A stretch of 64,000 bases of DNA from Macrostomum lignano (lineage: Eukaryota), in assembly GCA_002269645.1 (NCBI GenBank), contig NIVC01001504.1:124001-188000 (forward strand), in the 5' to 3' direction. Each line of letters opens with the position of its first letter. Positions within the stretch are counted from its first letter, which is position 1. The notes under the pieces were generated by a model that saw only the letters and a program-made list of their open reading frames with translations, was not told the origin of the DNA and did no database searches. Of the stretch, positions 34,424 to 46,039 are shown piece by piece. The translations under genes and the position numbers were made by a program.

Positions 34424-37400
34424 ATGGAACCGCCTTCCCGGTGGCTGAAGTGTCCTCGGAAGGGCACCCTTGTGAATGGTGAGCTCAATGCGTATTTAAT
34501 ATACAAAGCGATTCAGTGCTTCATCTTTATTGCCATTTTCCTCACAGACCTGTTCCTTCCCTGCAAGACGCCCTTGGATGCCAATTCGACAGGGAAGTCC
34601 CGCTTCAATACCGCTTTGATCTGTTCATGCTGTTCTCGTCTATGGCCCAGTATCAGGTGAGTGACAGCACCAGATTGGGTCAGTGTGTCAGGTGAGTGAC
34701 AGCACCAGATTGGGTCAGTGTGTCAGGTGAGTGACAGGACCAGATTGGGTCAGTGTGTCAGGTGAGTGACAGCACCAGATTGGGTCAGTGTGTCAGGTGA
34801 GTGACAGCACCAGATTGGGTCAGTGTCAGGTGAGTGACAGCACCAGATTGGGTCAGTGTCAGGTGAGTGACAGCACCAGATTGGGTCAGTGTGTCAGGTG
34901 AGCGACAGCACCAGATTGGGTCAGTGTGTCAGGTGAGTGACAGCACCAGATTGGGTCTGTGTCAGGTGAGTGACAGCCCCAAGTCTTGTCGAACCCCGCA
35001 GTGCAAGATCGGCATGCTGATCGACCTGACGAACACGGACCGGTTCTACGACAAGGCCCTGGTGGAGGATCAGTTCCGCTGCAAGTACGTCAAGCTGCAC
35101 TGCAAAGGCCACGGCCAGACGCCCACGGCCGATCAGGTTGGCCTGTTTATCAACTGCGTCAACAACTTCAGGCGGCAGTATCCGCTTGAGAAGATCGGTG
35201 AGCTGCTTTGAACTAGTTTGAGTGTGGGTGAAACAAGCCGGGGCTCTCACTGACCCGACCCGCCCATTGCAGCTGTGCACTGCACGCACGGGTACAACAG
35301 AACCGGCTTCATGATCATCTCCTACCTGGTTACCGAATTCGACTGGAGGTAAAGCTGGCCATCGTGTCTCATGTTATTTTTTCTCGGTGATTTCCACACA
35401 GCCAGCTGCATTTCCCATTGCATTAACAGCTGCGAGTTGGCTGTGCAGGCCTTCGCCGAGGCCAGGCCGCCTGGCATCTACAAGCAGGACTACCTGGAGG
35501 AGATCTGGAACCGCTTCGATGACGCCAAGGAGTGTCCGGCTGCGCCTCCGCTGCCAGACTGGTGCTGGGGTGAGCTGGGGCTGTTGCTGGGGTGAGCTGG
35601 GGCTGTGGCTGGGGTGAGCTAGGGCTGGTGTGAGCTGTGGCTGGGATGAGCTGTGGCTGGGGTGAGCTGTGGCTGGGGTGAGCTGTGGCTGGGGCTGTTG
35701 CTGTAGCGTGCTTGCTGGTGCTGCACGCAGGTGTAGGATCCCTGAGCCGCCAACCCAACTGCTTGCCCCGCAGACGAGGACGAGAAGGACGATGACAACC
35801 AGCCGACGGACGGTGCAGCAGCTGGCGGCGCCCTTGACGACGAGGACGCGGTGGTGCCGGCGGCCAAGGCCTCCGCAGCGGCGGGCCGGAAGCGGCCTTC
35901 CAAGGACTCGGCGGCGGCTTCAAAAGCCAAGGCTGGCCGCATGGGCGCCATCAAGATCTCGCAGTTCATGTCTGGCGTTGAAGGAGTTCAGCAGGTAGAT
36001 ATCGCGGCCCAGCCCATCTACCCTTCTGTTTCCCTGCTGTGAAGTTCAGAAACCAGTTTGCAATGTACTTTCCCTTGTCACCGCCGCTGTCAGGTCCTGG
36101 ACTCGGAGGTGGTGTCCCGTGTCCGCGAGATCGTCCGTCGCGCCTGTGGCTTCGAAGGCGGCCGCTTTCCCGGTTGCCAACCGGTATCCATGGACGCCAA
36201 CAACCTGCAGCTGCTGCAGCAGAAGGACTACCGCGTGTCGTGGAAGGCTGACGGCTTTCGCTACATGATGGCCGTGCTCGGCCGCGGCGAGGTGTACGCC
36301 ATCGACAGGGACAACAGCGTCTTCCTGGTGCCCAACCTGGAGTTCCCCAGCCGGAAAGACCCGTCCAAGCACGTGGCCGACACGGTGCTGGACGGCGAGC
36401 TGGTCATCGACACCGTGCAGGGCGCCGCCATCCCCCGCTACCTCATCTATGATGCCGTGCAGTTCGAGTCCCAGCCTGTGGGCCGCTGCCCCTTCGCCAG
36501 GCGGCTGCAGTGCATCGAGCTGGAGCTCATTGGCCCGCGTAATGCAATGAAGCAGCGCCTGGGGCCTCAGCTGCCGAAGGAGCCCTTCTCAGTGCGTCTC
36601 AAGGTGGGTTCACAGCGAACTGTTTTTTGTCTTGCGATTAAACAGTACCACTCCTGTGTCCAATCACCTGAAATCCCTTTCTCATCACCTGAACTCCCTT
36701 TCTCATCACCTGAACTCACTTTCATCACCTGAAATCCCACTCAATCACCTGAAATCCAACCCAATTACCTGAAATCCCACTCAATCACCTAAAATCCCAC
36801 TCAATCACCTGAAATCCCACTCAATCACCTGAAATCCCACTCAATCACCTGAACTCCCACCCAATTACCTGAACTCCCACCCAATTACCTGAAATCCCAC
36901 TCAATCACCTGAAATCCCACTCAATCACCTGAAATCCCACTCAATCACCTGAAATCCCACTCAATCACCTGAAGTCCCACTCTTATCGGCTGAAATCAAA
37001 CGGTTCCCCCACTCCAGGGCTTCTATGGTCTGGACGCTTGCGTGAAGCTGCTGAGCCAAGAGTTCACCGAGAGTCTGGGCCACGAGACGGACGGCCTCAT
37101 CTTCCAGCCGGCCGGACCGAGCGACATCTACACTGGCGGCTCGCTGGCCACGCTGATGAAGTGGAAGCCGCCGGAGCTGAACACGGTGGACTTCAAGCTG
37201 CAGTGGATCCGCCGGAAGGAGCCCGGCTGCCTGGAGGAACACTTCGGCGACCTGTACGCCGGCGGCAGCGACGTCTCCATGGGCCGCATCCGCATGACAA
37301 AGAAGGACGCCACCAAATACGACGGAAAGATTGTGGAGTGCCGCTTCGACTCCCAGATGCGCACCTGGGTCATCCTCAAGGAGCGGGTGGACAAGTCCTT

Positions 37401-38669
37401 CCCCAACAATATTGATACCGTCAATGGTGAGCGGGCATCCCATCCAATGCCCCAGCCATTCAACAGGCATTCTATCCCTTGTCCCAGCCATTCAGCAACC
37501 ATTCTATTCCCTACCCAAGCCATTCAGCAGGCATTCTATCCCTTGCCCCAGCCATTCAGCAACCATTCTATCCCTGCCCCAGCCATTCAGCAACCATTCT
37601 ATCCCTGCCCCAGCCATTCAGCAACCATTCTATCCCTGCCCCAGCCATTCAGCAGGCATTCTATCCCTGCCCCAGCCATTCAGCAGGCATTCTATTCCTG
37701 TCCAGCCATTCAGCAGGCATTCTATCCCTGCCCCAGCCATTCAGCAGGCATTCTATCCCTGCCCCAGCCATTCAGCAGGCATTCTATTCCTGTCCAGCCA
37801 TTCAGCAGGCATTCTATCCCTGCCCCAGCCATTCAGCAGGCATTCTATCCCTGCCCCAGCCATTCAGCAGGCATTCTATTCCTGTCCAGCCATTCAGCAG
37901 GCATTCTATCCCTGCCCCAGCCATTCAGCAGGCATTCTATCCCAATCCCTCAGCAGGCATTCTATCCCAATCCCTCAGCAGGCATTCTATCCCAATCCCT
38001 CAGCAGGCATTCTATCCCAATCCCTTAGCAGGCATTCTATCCCAATCCCTCAGCAGGCATTCTATCCCAATCCCTCAGCAGGCATTCTATCCTAATCCCT
38101 CAGCAGGCATTCTATCCCCTACCCCAGCCATTCAGCAGGCATTCTATCCCCTACCCCAGCCATTCAGCAGGCATTCTATCCCTGCCCCAGCCATTCAGCA
38201 GGCATTCTATCCCAATCCCTCAGCAGGCATTCTATCCCAATCCCTCAGCAGGCATTCTATCCCAATCCCTCAGCAGGCATTCTATCCCTACCCCAGCCAT
38301 TCAGCAGGCATTCTATCCCCTACCCCAGCCATTCAGCAGGCATTCTATCCCCTACCCCAGCCATTCAGCAGGCATTCTATCCCCTACCCCAGCCATTCAG
38401 CAGGCATTCTATCCCCTACCCCAGCCATTCAGCAGGAATTCTATCTTAATCCCTCAGCAGGCATTCACCCCACTGTCTCACTGAGCTACTGTCAGTAGCC
38501 ACCAACGCGCGCATTTCCCTCCCCCCCGCCCGCAGCGGTGATCGCCAGCATTCTGAACCCCGTGACCAAGGAGCGGCTGCTGGAATTCGTGGACAACGCT
38601 TTGATAGCTCGCGAGCGCAGCCGCGATCGCCAGCTGATGCCGCCGCCGCGGCCCATGACAGTTCGTTGA
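34424..38669 (+). CDS. RNGTT: mRNA capping enzyme (RNA triphosphatase + guanylyltransferase), about 616 aa after correcting a 1-bp deletion near 34583; exons 34424-34478, 34548-34656, 35002-35197, 35273-35348, 35430-35569, 35774-35994, 36094-36603, 37018-37426, 38536-38669
   Basis: PSRWLKCPRKG, IDLTNTDRFY, HCTHGYNRTG P-loop, ARPPGIYK, SWKADG (catalytic Lys), LDGEL, DGLIF, KWKP; all junctions GT-AG. Confidence 0.95.
34657..34978. repeat. 33-35-bp minisatellite of GT...AG cassettes in RNGTT intron 2
   Basis: GTGAG(T/C)GACAG starts at 34657, 34692, 34727, 34762, 34797, 34830, 34863, 34898, 34933 and 34966, each preceded by CAG. Confidence 0.95.
35560..35700. repeat. Degenerate donor-containing repeat (GGGGTGAGCTG(G/T)GGCT) in RNGTT intron 5
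   Basis: Read directly. Confidence 0.85.
36660..36975. repeat. 20-bp minisatellite (AATCACCTGAAATCCCACTC) in RNGTT intron 7
   Basis: Read directly. Confidence 0.93.
37445..38465. repeat. 31/25-bp composite minisatellite (CAGCAGGCATTCTATCCC core) in RNGTT intron 8
   Basis: Read directly. Confidence 0.95.
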
Positions 38670-39149
38670 CCCCGAGGGGTGTTGCTGAGCTGATTGAACT
38701 GACCATTTCTGCTTCTGCTATAACTGGCTACATTGACTGCTCAGTATGCGCAGGCATGTTATAAGGCCTTGCAGCGCCCTCTCTCACGTCTTACATGTCT
38801 CTCGTATGTGTCAGTTAATTAATATTTAATTAAGATGAGCCACAGTAATCCCGAGATGTACCATTGCCTGTCTGGTGTCAGTTCAACTGTGCCTGATATC
38901 TTCCCATCTGATCCCATTGTAAATTCCAACTGAGCTGTCCCGCTAGCGGTGTCTGCTAGCGCGCAGCTTTAGTGCGTTTTACCAATAAAATTCCCTGCCT
39001 TTGCGCAGGCAAACGGCGGCAGCTTTTTTTTCATTTATTTTACTGTTTTTTTGCAATAGCATTAGCTGTTGTTTTTATGTACTGGCCTGGGAACGCCAGG
39101 GAGTGTCCTAGAGACAGAGTCGAGCGGAATTCTGTTTTTGTCCTTGTCG

Positions 39150-41298
39150 GAGCTCCGTATTGCCTAGCCAGATACCTATGTAGCTTCTGGCGTCCCTGCA
39201 GGTGTCTGAGAGCTCCGTATTTCCTAGCCAGATACCTATGTAGCTTCTGGTGTCCCTGCAGGTGTCTGAGAGCTCCGTATTTCCTAGCCAGATACCTATG
39301 TAGCTTCTGGTGTCCCTGCAGGTGTCTGAGAGCTCCGTATTTCCTAGCCAGATACCTATGTAGCTTCTGGCGTCCCTGCAGGTGTCTGAGAGCTCCGTAT
39401 TTCCTAGCCAGATACCTATGTAGCTTCTGGCGTCCCTGCAGGTGTCTGAGAGCTCCGTATTTCCTAGCCAGATACCTATGTAGCTTCTGGTGTCCCTGCA
39501 GGTGTCTGAGAGCTCCGTATTTCCTAGCCAGATACCTATGTAGCTTCTGGTGTCCCTGCAGGTGTCTGAGAGCTCCGTATTTCCTAGCCAGATACCTATG
39601 TAGCTTCTGGTGTCCCTGCAGGTGTCTGAGAGCTCCGTATTTCCTAGCCAGATACCTATGTAGCTTCTGGCGTCCCTGCAGGTGTCTGAGAGCTCCGTAT
39701 TTCCTAGCCAGATACCTATGTAGCTTCTGGTGTCCCTGCAGGTGTCTGAGAGCTCCGTATTTCCTAGCCAGATACCTATGTAGCTTCTGGTGTCCCTGCA
39801 GGTGTCTGAGAGCTCCGTATTTCCTAGCCAGATACCTATGTAGCTTCTGGTGTCCCTGCAGGTGTCTGAGAGCTCCGTATTTCCTAGCCAGATACCTATG
39901 TAGCTTCTGGCGTCCCTGCAGGTGTCTGAGAGCTCCGTATTTCCTAGCCAGATACCTATGTAGCTTCTGGTGTCCCTGCAGGTGTCTGAGAGCTCCGTAT
40001 TTCCTAGCCAGATACCTATGTAGCTTCTGGTGTCCCTGCAGGTGTCTGAGAGCTCCGTATTTCCTAGCCAGATACCTATGTAGCTTCTGGTGTCCCTGCA
40101 GGTGTCTGAGAGCTCCGTATTTCCTAGCCAGATACCTATGTAGCTTCTGGCGTCCCTGCAGGTGTCTGAGAGCTCCGTATTGCCTAGCTAGATACCTGTG
40201 TAGCTTCTGGCGTCCCTGCAGGTGTCTGAGAGCTCCGTATTTCCTAGCCAGATACCTATGTAGCTTCTGGCGTCCCTGCAGGTGTCTGAGAGCTCCGTAT
40301 TGCCTAGCTAGATACCTGTGTAGCTTCTGGCGTCCCTGCAGGTGTCTGAGAGCTCCGTATTTCCTAGCCAGATACCTATGTAGCTTCTGGCGTCCCTGCA
40401 GGTGTCTGAGAGCTCCGTATTTCCTAGCCAGATACCTATGTAGCTTCTGGTGTCCCTGCAGGTGTCTGAGAGCTCCGTATTGCCTAGCTAGATACCTATG
40501 TAGCTTCTGGTGTCCCTGCAGGTGTCTGAGAGCTCCGTATTTCCTAGCCAGATACCTATGTAGCTTCTGGTGTCCCTGCAGGTGTCTGAGAGCTCCGTAT
40601 TTCCTAGCCAGATACCTATGTAGCTTCTGGTGTCCCTGCAGGTGTCTGAGAGCTCCGTATTGCCTAGCTAGATACCTATGTAGCTTCTGGTGTCCCTGCA
40701 GGTGTCTGAGAGCTCCGTATTTCCTAGCCAGATACCTATGTAGCTTCTGGTGTCCCTGCAGGTGTCTGAGAGCTCCGTATTTCCTAGCCAGATACCTATG
40801 TAGCTTCTGGTGTCCCTGCAGGTGTCTGAGAGCTCCGTATTTCCTAGCCAGATACCTATGTAGCTTCTGGTGTCCCTGCAGGTGTCTGAGAGCTCCGTAT
40901 TTCCTAGCCAGATACCTATGTAGCTTCTGGCGTCCCTGCAGGTGTCTGAGAGCTCCGTATTGCCTAGCTAGATACCTGTGTAGCTTCTGGCGTCCCTGCA
41001 GGTGTCTGAGAGCTCCGTATTTCCTAGCCAGATACCTATGTAGCTTCTGGCGTCCCTGCAGGTGTCTGAGAGCTCCGTATTGCCTAGCTAGATACCTGTG
41101 TAGCTTCTGGCGTCCCTGCAGGTGTCTGAGAGCTCCGTATTTCCTAGCCAGATACCTATGTAGCTTCTGGTGTCCCTGCAGGTGTCTGAGAGCTCCGTAT
41201 TTCCTAGCCAGATACCTATGTAGCTTCTGGCGTCCCTGCAGGTGTCTGAGAGCTCCGTATTTCCTAGCCAGATACCTATGTAGCTTCTGGCGTCCCTG
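39150..41298. repeat. 60-bp tandem array, about 36 near-identical copies
   Basis: AGCTCCGTATTTCCTAGCCAGATACCTATGTAGCTTCTGG(C/T)GTCCCTGCAGGTGTCTGAG in perfect 60-bp register. Confidence 0.98.
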
Positions 41299-41619
41299 TA
41301 GCTGTCTGATCTGGGAAGCCCCAGTTTGACCCTCCTCCCCTCCGTCTTTCGACGCGCTCGTTAACTATGCGCGCGCTTCTTCAACGTGCCGCAGGGAGGA
41401 AGGTGGGTTGCCGGGCGCTAGCAAGAAAAGCAACGCAAGCGAAATCGCGTGCCGCTTGGTTTTTTTCGATTAAGAAGCGGATTTTTGTCTGCACTGCAGG
41501 TACGCGGGCCCGCTTCAATAGGAGTTGTTGGTCTGTAGCTTTGCGTGGACTCCAAAAGTCTCGTGGGATTAATGGATTTAAAGAATTTATTTGGATCTTA
41601 TTCTCATTAGATTTCATAG

Positions 41620-41720
41620 CGGTAGATTCCACCTCATAGCGGTAGATTCGACCTCATAATGGTAGATTCGATCTTATAACGGTATATTTGACCTCATAAC
41701 GGTAGATTCAACTTCACAAC
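41620..41720. repeat. Short GGTAGATTCGACC repeat (left part of the interrupted 42640-43070 array)
   Basis: Shared core with 42640-43070. Confidence 0.75.
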
Positions 41721-41929
41721 GGTTACTTGGGTGCCCGTGCACCGACGCTCTTGGGAAGATGAGTCTACGATTCTTGACTGTGAGTAAAGGCCCACTCGTG
41801 ACACCGCAACGAAGACGCGATCGTAGGTTGGTGCAACGAGATTGCCATTGCAGCCATTCAGAGACCGAGCTTCGCACAAAGTCTAAGATTAACACCAAAA
41901 TGTTTGGAGCTCCTTCGCCTGGACCGTGA

Positions 41930-42570
41930 ATGCAACAAAGGTGGCTGGTATCTTTGTCTTAGTCCGTCAGAACATCACCTACGCAGCGTCAACTTCCACT
42001 CTTGGCATCGAACTGGACCCTTTTGAGCATCTCAGTCACCTTTGCTCTGGGGAAAGATCAACTCAGGATCTCTAATGTCTGAGTGCCACTTAGACAGTAA
42101 ACAACTACTTCTTCAGCCTGCACAAGCTCGAGGACGACGGCTTCCAAGGTTCCAGATTAGTTAACTTTAAGAAAGCTGATCGGCCCGCTTTCTCTGCTGA
42201 TTAAGCTAAGTTTTCCATACACGTTCATCTGGGCGAAAAGCCCTAGCAATCCGATGTCTCTACTCTCTGTAAAGAACGAGATCAGATCCACATAGCCAAC
42301 CTGTCTTCACCCGCATATCGCCGAACTTCAAAAGCAAATTGATCCCTTCCAAGTCAAACATTGGGGAAGTCTGGAGAGACAAAATTGCCTCCTTCAGCAT
42401 CCGTGAAAGCGCCGCAGCTCTATGGCGAACCATCAAAATTCTTGCGGGGAACACTTAAGCCGTCTTCAGCCGGCATCGCCTTCAAGGGAAAATTTCTCCA
42501 GGCTCCAGAAGACATCGCCAACCAGTTAAAACTACTGTTGCACGACACCCTGTACGGAAAACAGGCCTAG
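41930..42570 (+). mobile_element. Decayed LINE fragment (AP-endonuclease remnant and linker, RT missing)
   Basis: Broken translations LVRQNITY, LRISNV*VP, NFKKADR, WRDKIASF...LWRTIKIL, PEDIANQL resemble LINE ORF2 motifs. Confidence 0.5.
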
Positions 42571-42639
42571 CTAGACAGATCAACAGGTAGTGTCGCTTCG
42601 GTCAATGGCTCGATGCGTCTGAGTTTTCCGACCTTAGAG

Positions 42640-43070
42640 TCACGGTAGATTCGACCTTATTCAGTGTAGATTTGACTTCGACATTAGTTACGGTAGATTC
42701 GACCTTATTCAGGGTAGATTCGACTTTATTCAGGGTAGATTCGGCCTTAGTCACGGTAGATTCGACCTTATTCAGGGTAGATTTGACTTTATTCAGGGTA
42801 GATTCGACTTCGACATTAGTCACGGTAGATTCAACCTTAGTCACGGTATATTCGACCTTCTTCAGGGTAGATTCGGCCTTATCCAGGTAAATTCGACCTT
42901 ATTCAGGGTAGATTCGGCCTTATTCAGGGTAGATTCGACCTTATTCAGGGTAGATTCGGCCTTATTCAGGGTAGATTCGACTTTAGTTACAGTAGATTCG
43001 ACCTTATCCAGGTAAATTCGACCTTATCCAAGTAGATTCGACCTTATCCAGGTAGATTCGATCTTACTCA
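42640..43070. repeat. 21-bp minisatellite (GGTAGATTCGACCTTATTCAG)
   Basis: Read directly. Confidence 0.92.
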
Positions 43071-43110
43071 CGATAGATTCAACTTTATTTTCTGCGGAAG
43101 CAGCCAGCCC

Positions 43111-44108
43111 ATGGCTTCATCCAGCGACGTAAAAGACATCCTTGGCGGCGGTAGTCGCGAGGCCCCGCCCGCGGAGTCGCCCATCACCGGGATGTACTGC
43201 TGTCCAGAGCGATGCCGCCACCTAACTCCGGCCGGGCTTCGGCGGCCAAGCCAGTTGGCCGGCAGCCGCAGGTGAAGCGGCCCAAAGGCATGGCCAGGGA
43301 GCTGTGGAGCCTCATCAGCGCAGACACGGACACGAACACCCTGATGCCCACCGACACCGCCTACAAGCAGCCCAAGGCGCGCCTCGGCCCCACCCGGGTC
43401 CGCCGCTGGTGCTGGACGGCCTTCCGCAACCCGGCCCGCACCGACCAGCTGGAGCTGCGGCACTGGCGCCGGGCCTGCGACCCGCCTGCCGAGTACAGCT
43501 TCGCCAAGTTCAACAAGCCGCCAGATGTGCCCGACTGCACCGAGGAGCAGCTGGCCGCCTCCCCAGCGCTGGCCCAATCGGGCTGGACGGAGGCTGAGAC
43601 TCTCCATCTGCTGGAGCTGATGCGCAGGTGGGTTCGAACCGCTTGGCTTGCTATGAACTCTTGCATCAGGACATAAGAAATGCCCTGTCTTATGATTGAT
43701 CCATTTTACCAACTTAAGAATGACCCGAATGTCAATGCAGGTTCTACATGCGGTTTGTCATAGTGCTGGACCGCTGGGACTCCGAGAAGTTCGGCCATCG
43801 CACCCTCGAAGACCTGAAGGAGCGGTTCTACGGCCTGTGCCAGGCACTTGAGGCCCAGAAGGCGGCCGCTGCCGGCAAGCCGCCGCCCCGGCCCAGCTTC
43901 GTCTACGATGCCGAGCACGAGAGGCGGCGCCGGGAGCAGCTGGGCCTCCTGCTGGTCCGCACCAAGGAGGAGGCCGCCGAGGAGGAGCGGCTGCGGCACG
44001 AGCTGGTGGGCATCGAGCAGCGACGGCAGGACCGGGAGAAGAAGACAGTACACCTGCAACGGCTCATCTCGCAGGTGGGTTGGGCCGCATACTGACTGAC
44101 ATACAAGC

Positions 44109-44149
<41 letters not shown>

Positions 44150-44200
44150 CAGACAGACAGACACAGACAGTCTGTCAGACACAGACACAGACAGACAGAC

Positions 44201-44269
<69 letters not shown>

Positions 44270-44302
44270 CAGACAGACAGAGACAGTCTGTCAGACACAG
44301 AC

Positions 44303-44367
<65 letters not shown>

Positions 44368-44398
44368 TAGACAGACACAGACAGACAGATAGACAGGC

Positions 44399-44443
<45 letters not shown>

Positions 44444-44462
44444 GAGACACAGACAGACAGAC

Positions 44463-44497
<35 letters not shown>

Positions 44498-45779
44498 CAG
44501 ACAGACAGACAGACACAGACAGACAGAGAGACAGACAGACAGACACAGACAGACAGACAGACAGACAGACACAGACAGACAGACGGACGAACGTCCCCGC
44601 CTCCACTTCAACCCAGGCTGACGCGACCGCCGCTTCCCGCCGCACGGACACGCCGGGCTCCCGCCGCCCCCACCAGGCTGGTGGGGGCTTCGGCGGCAGC
44701 GGCTCCGTGGTTTGTGGCTCTGCTCGCAAGCGCGCAGCGGCGACGCCATCTGCGCTTCTGGACGGTGGCGCTGGCAGCGGGTTTCGCTTCCAGGATGGCC
44801 GGCAGGCCGGCGCCTCGCTGCGCAGCGCCCGCATCCGCCTGCCGCAGCTGTTCGGCCAGAAGAAGGCGCGCATGCTCGACACCTGCCTGGAGAACCTGCG
44901 GGTTGACACCAACCCCATCGCCACGGAGGAGGTGGCTGACGAGTTCAACCAGCTGCGGTCGGACATCCTACTCTACTCGGAGCTGAGGACCCACCTGCAG
45001 GCTTTGGACTACGAGTTCCAGACGCTCAAGCATCGGTGAGTCGCCGAGTGGATTGGTCATGGAGTGGAATGGTCATGGAGTGGTCATGAAATGGTCATGG
45101 AGTGTAATGGTCATGGAGTGGAATGGTCATGGAGTGGTTATGGAGCGGAATGGTCATGGAGTGTAATGGTCATGGAGTGTAATGGTCATGGAGTGTAATG
45201 GTCATGGAATGGTCATAGAGTGTAATGGTCATGGAATGGTCATGAAATGGTCATAGAGTGTAATGGTCATGGAATGGTCATGGAGTGTAATGGTCATGGA
45301 GCGGAATAGTCATATAGTAGAATGGTCATGGAATGGTCATGGAGTGGAATGGTCATGGAATGGTCATGGAGCGGAATGGTCATGGAGTGGAATGGTCATG
45401 GAGTTTAATGGTGATGCAGTGGCCAATAGCTCAACCTTCAACACCCGCTGCCCGCAGCTACGAGCAGCTGTCCGGCAAGCCCTGCCCGGTGCACTGGGAG
45501 CCGTACCGCGGCCGCAGCATCGGCGGTCAGGCGCCCTCCGGCCCCGGCACCCGCAACAAGGGCGGCGCTGCGGCCGCCGCCACCTCCGCTGCAGTCGCCG
45601 CTGCTGTCACCCCGGGCTCCGCCGCCGGCGCCAGCACCTCGAGCAGCCCAGTGCTGGCCGCTGGGCCGCCGGGCGGCACCCCGAGTCCGACTCGGCACAA
45701 GCGGCAGGCGGCCATCGGCCAGGAGCAGATGATGAAGAAGCTGAAGACGGTCGGCATGGGTCGCTACAATGTCAATTGA
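43111..45779 (+). CDS. DMAP1: DNA methyltransferase 1-associated protein 1 (SWC4/EAF2), about 530 aa after correcting a 1-bp deletion near 43189; exons 43111-43627, 43741-44074, 44617-45035, 45458-45779
   Basis: [39 protein letters not shown]-like [35 protein letters not shown]; GT-AG junctions in phase. Confidence 0.93.
44095..44585. repeat. (CAGA)n microsatellite in DMAP1 intron 2
   Basis: Read directly. Confidence 0.96.
45053..45410. repeat. ATGGTCATGGAGTGGA-type degenerate repeat in DMAP1 intron 3
   Basis: Read directly. Confidence 0.92.
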
Positions 45780-46039
45780 TGAGGGCGGCCTGGGCTGACC
45801 AAGCAATAACTGTTCAATTTGCATCTATTTGAGCATTTTGGTGCGATGTGCAAACCATTGCTGTCCAACCATTTTAGGAATTCTAATTGTAACTAATCGG
45901 TAATATAAAATTCACATTACTTGGCTCTCACATGTGCTTCTTGGCTGAGTTCCTGGCCTGCTAATATTTTATGTGCCTTGCATTTTGGTCTTTTTATTTG
46001 TTCGCATCAAAAAGTAGCAAAACTCAGTTCCATTGGTCA

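Noticed and set aside
39150-41298. CRISPR-like regular array
   Set aside because: No unique spacers, no cas genes, eukaryotic context; the same applies to all other arrays.
38972-41329. 785-aa ORF
   Set aside because: Translation of a stop-free 60-bp satellite; no domain and no splice context.
34583-43191. Programmed ribosomal frameshifting in RNGTT and DMAP1
   Set aside because: No slippery heptamer or obvious stimulatory structure; indels sit in short runs, as in the TEs, so error or decay is simpler.
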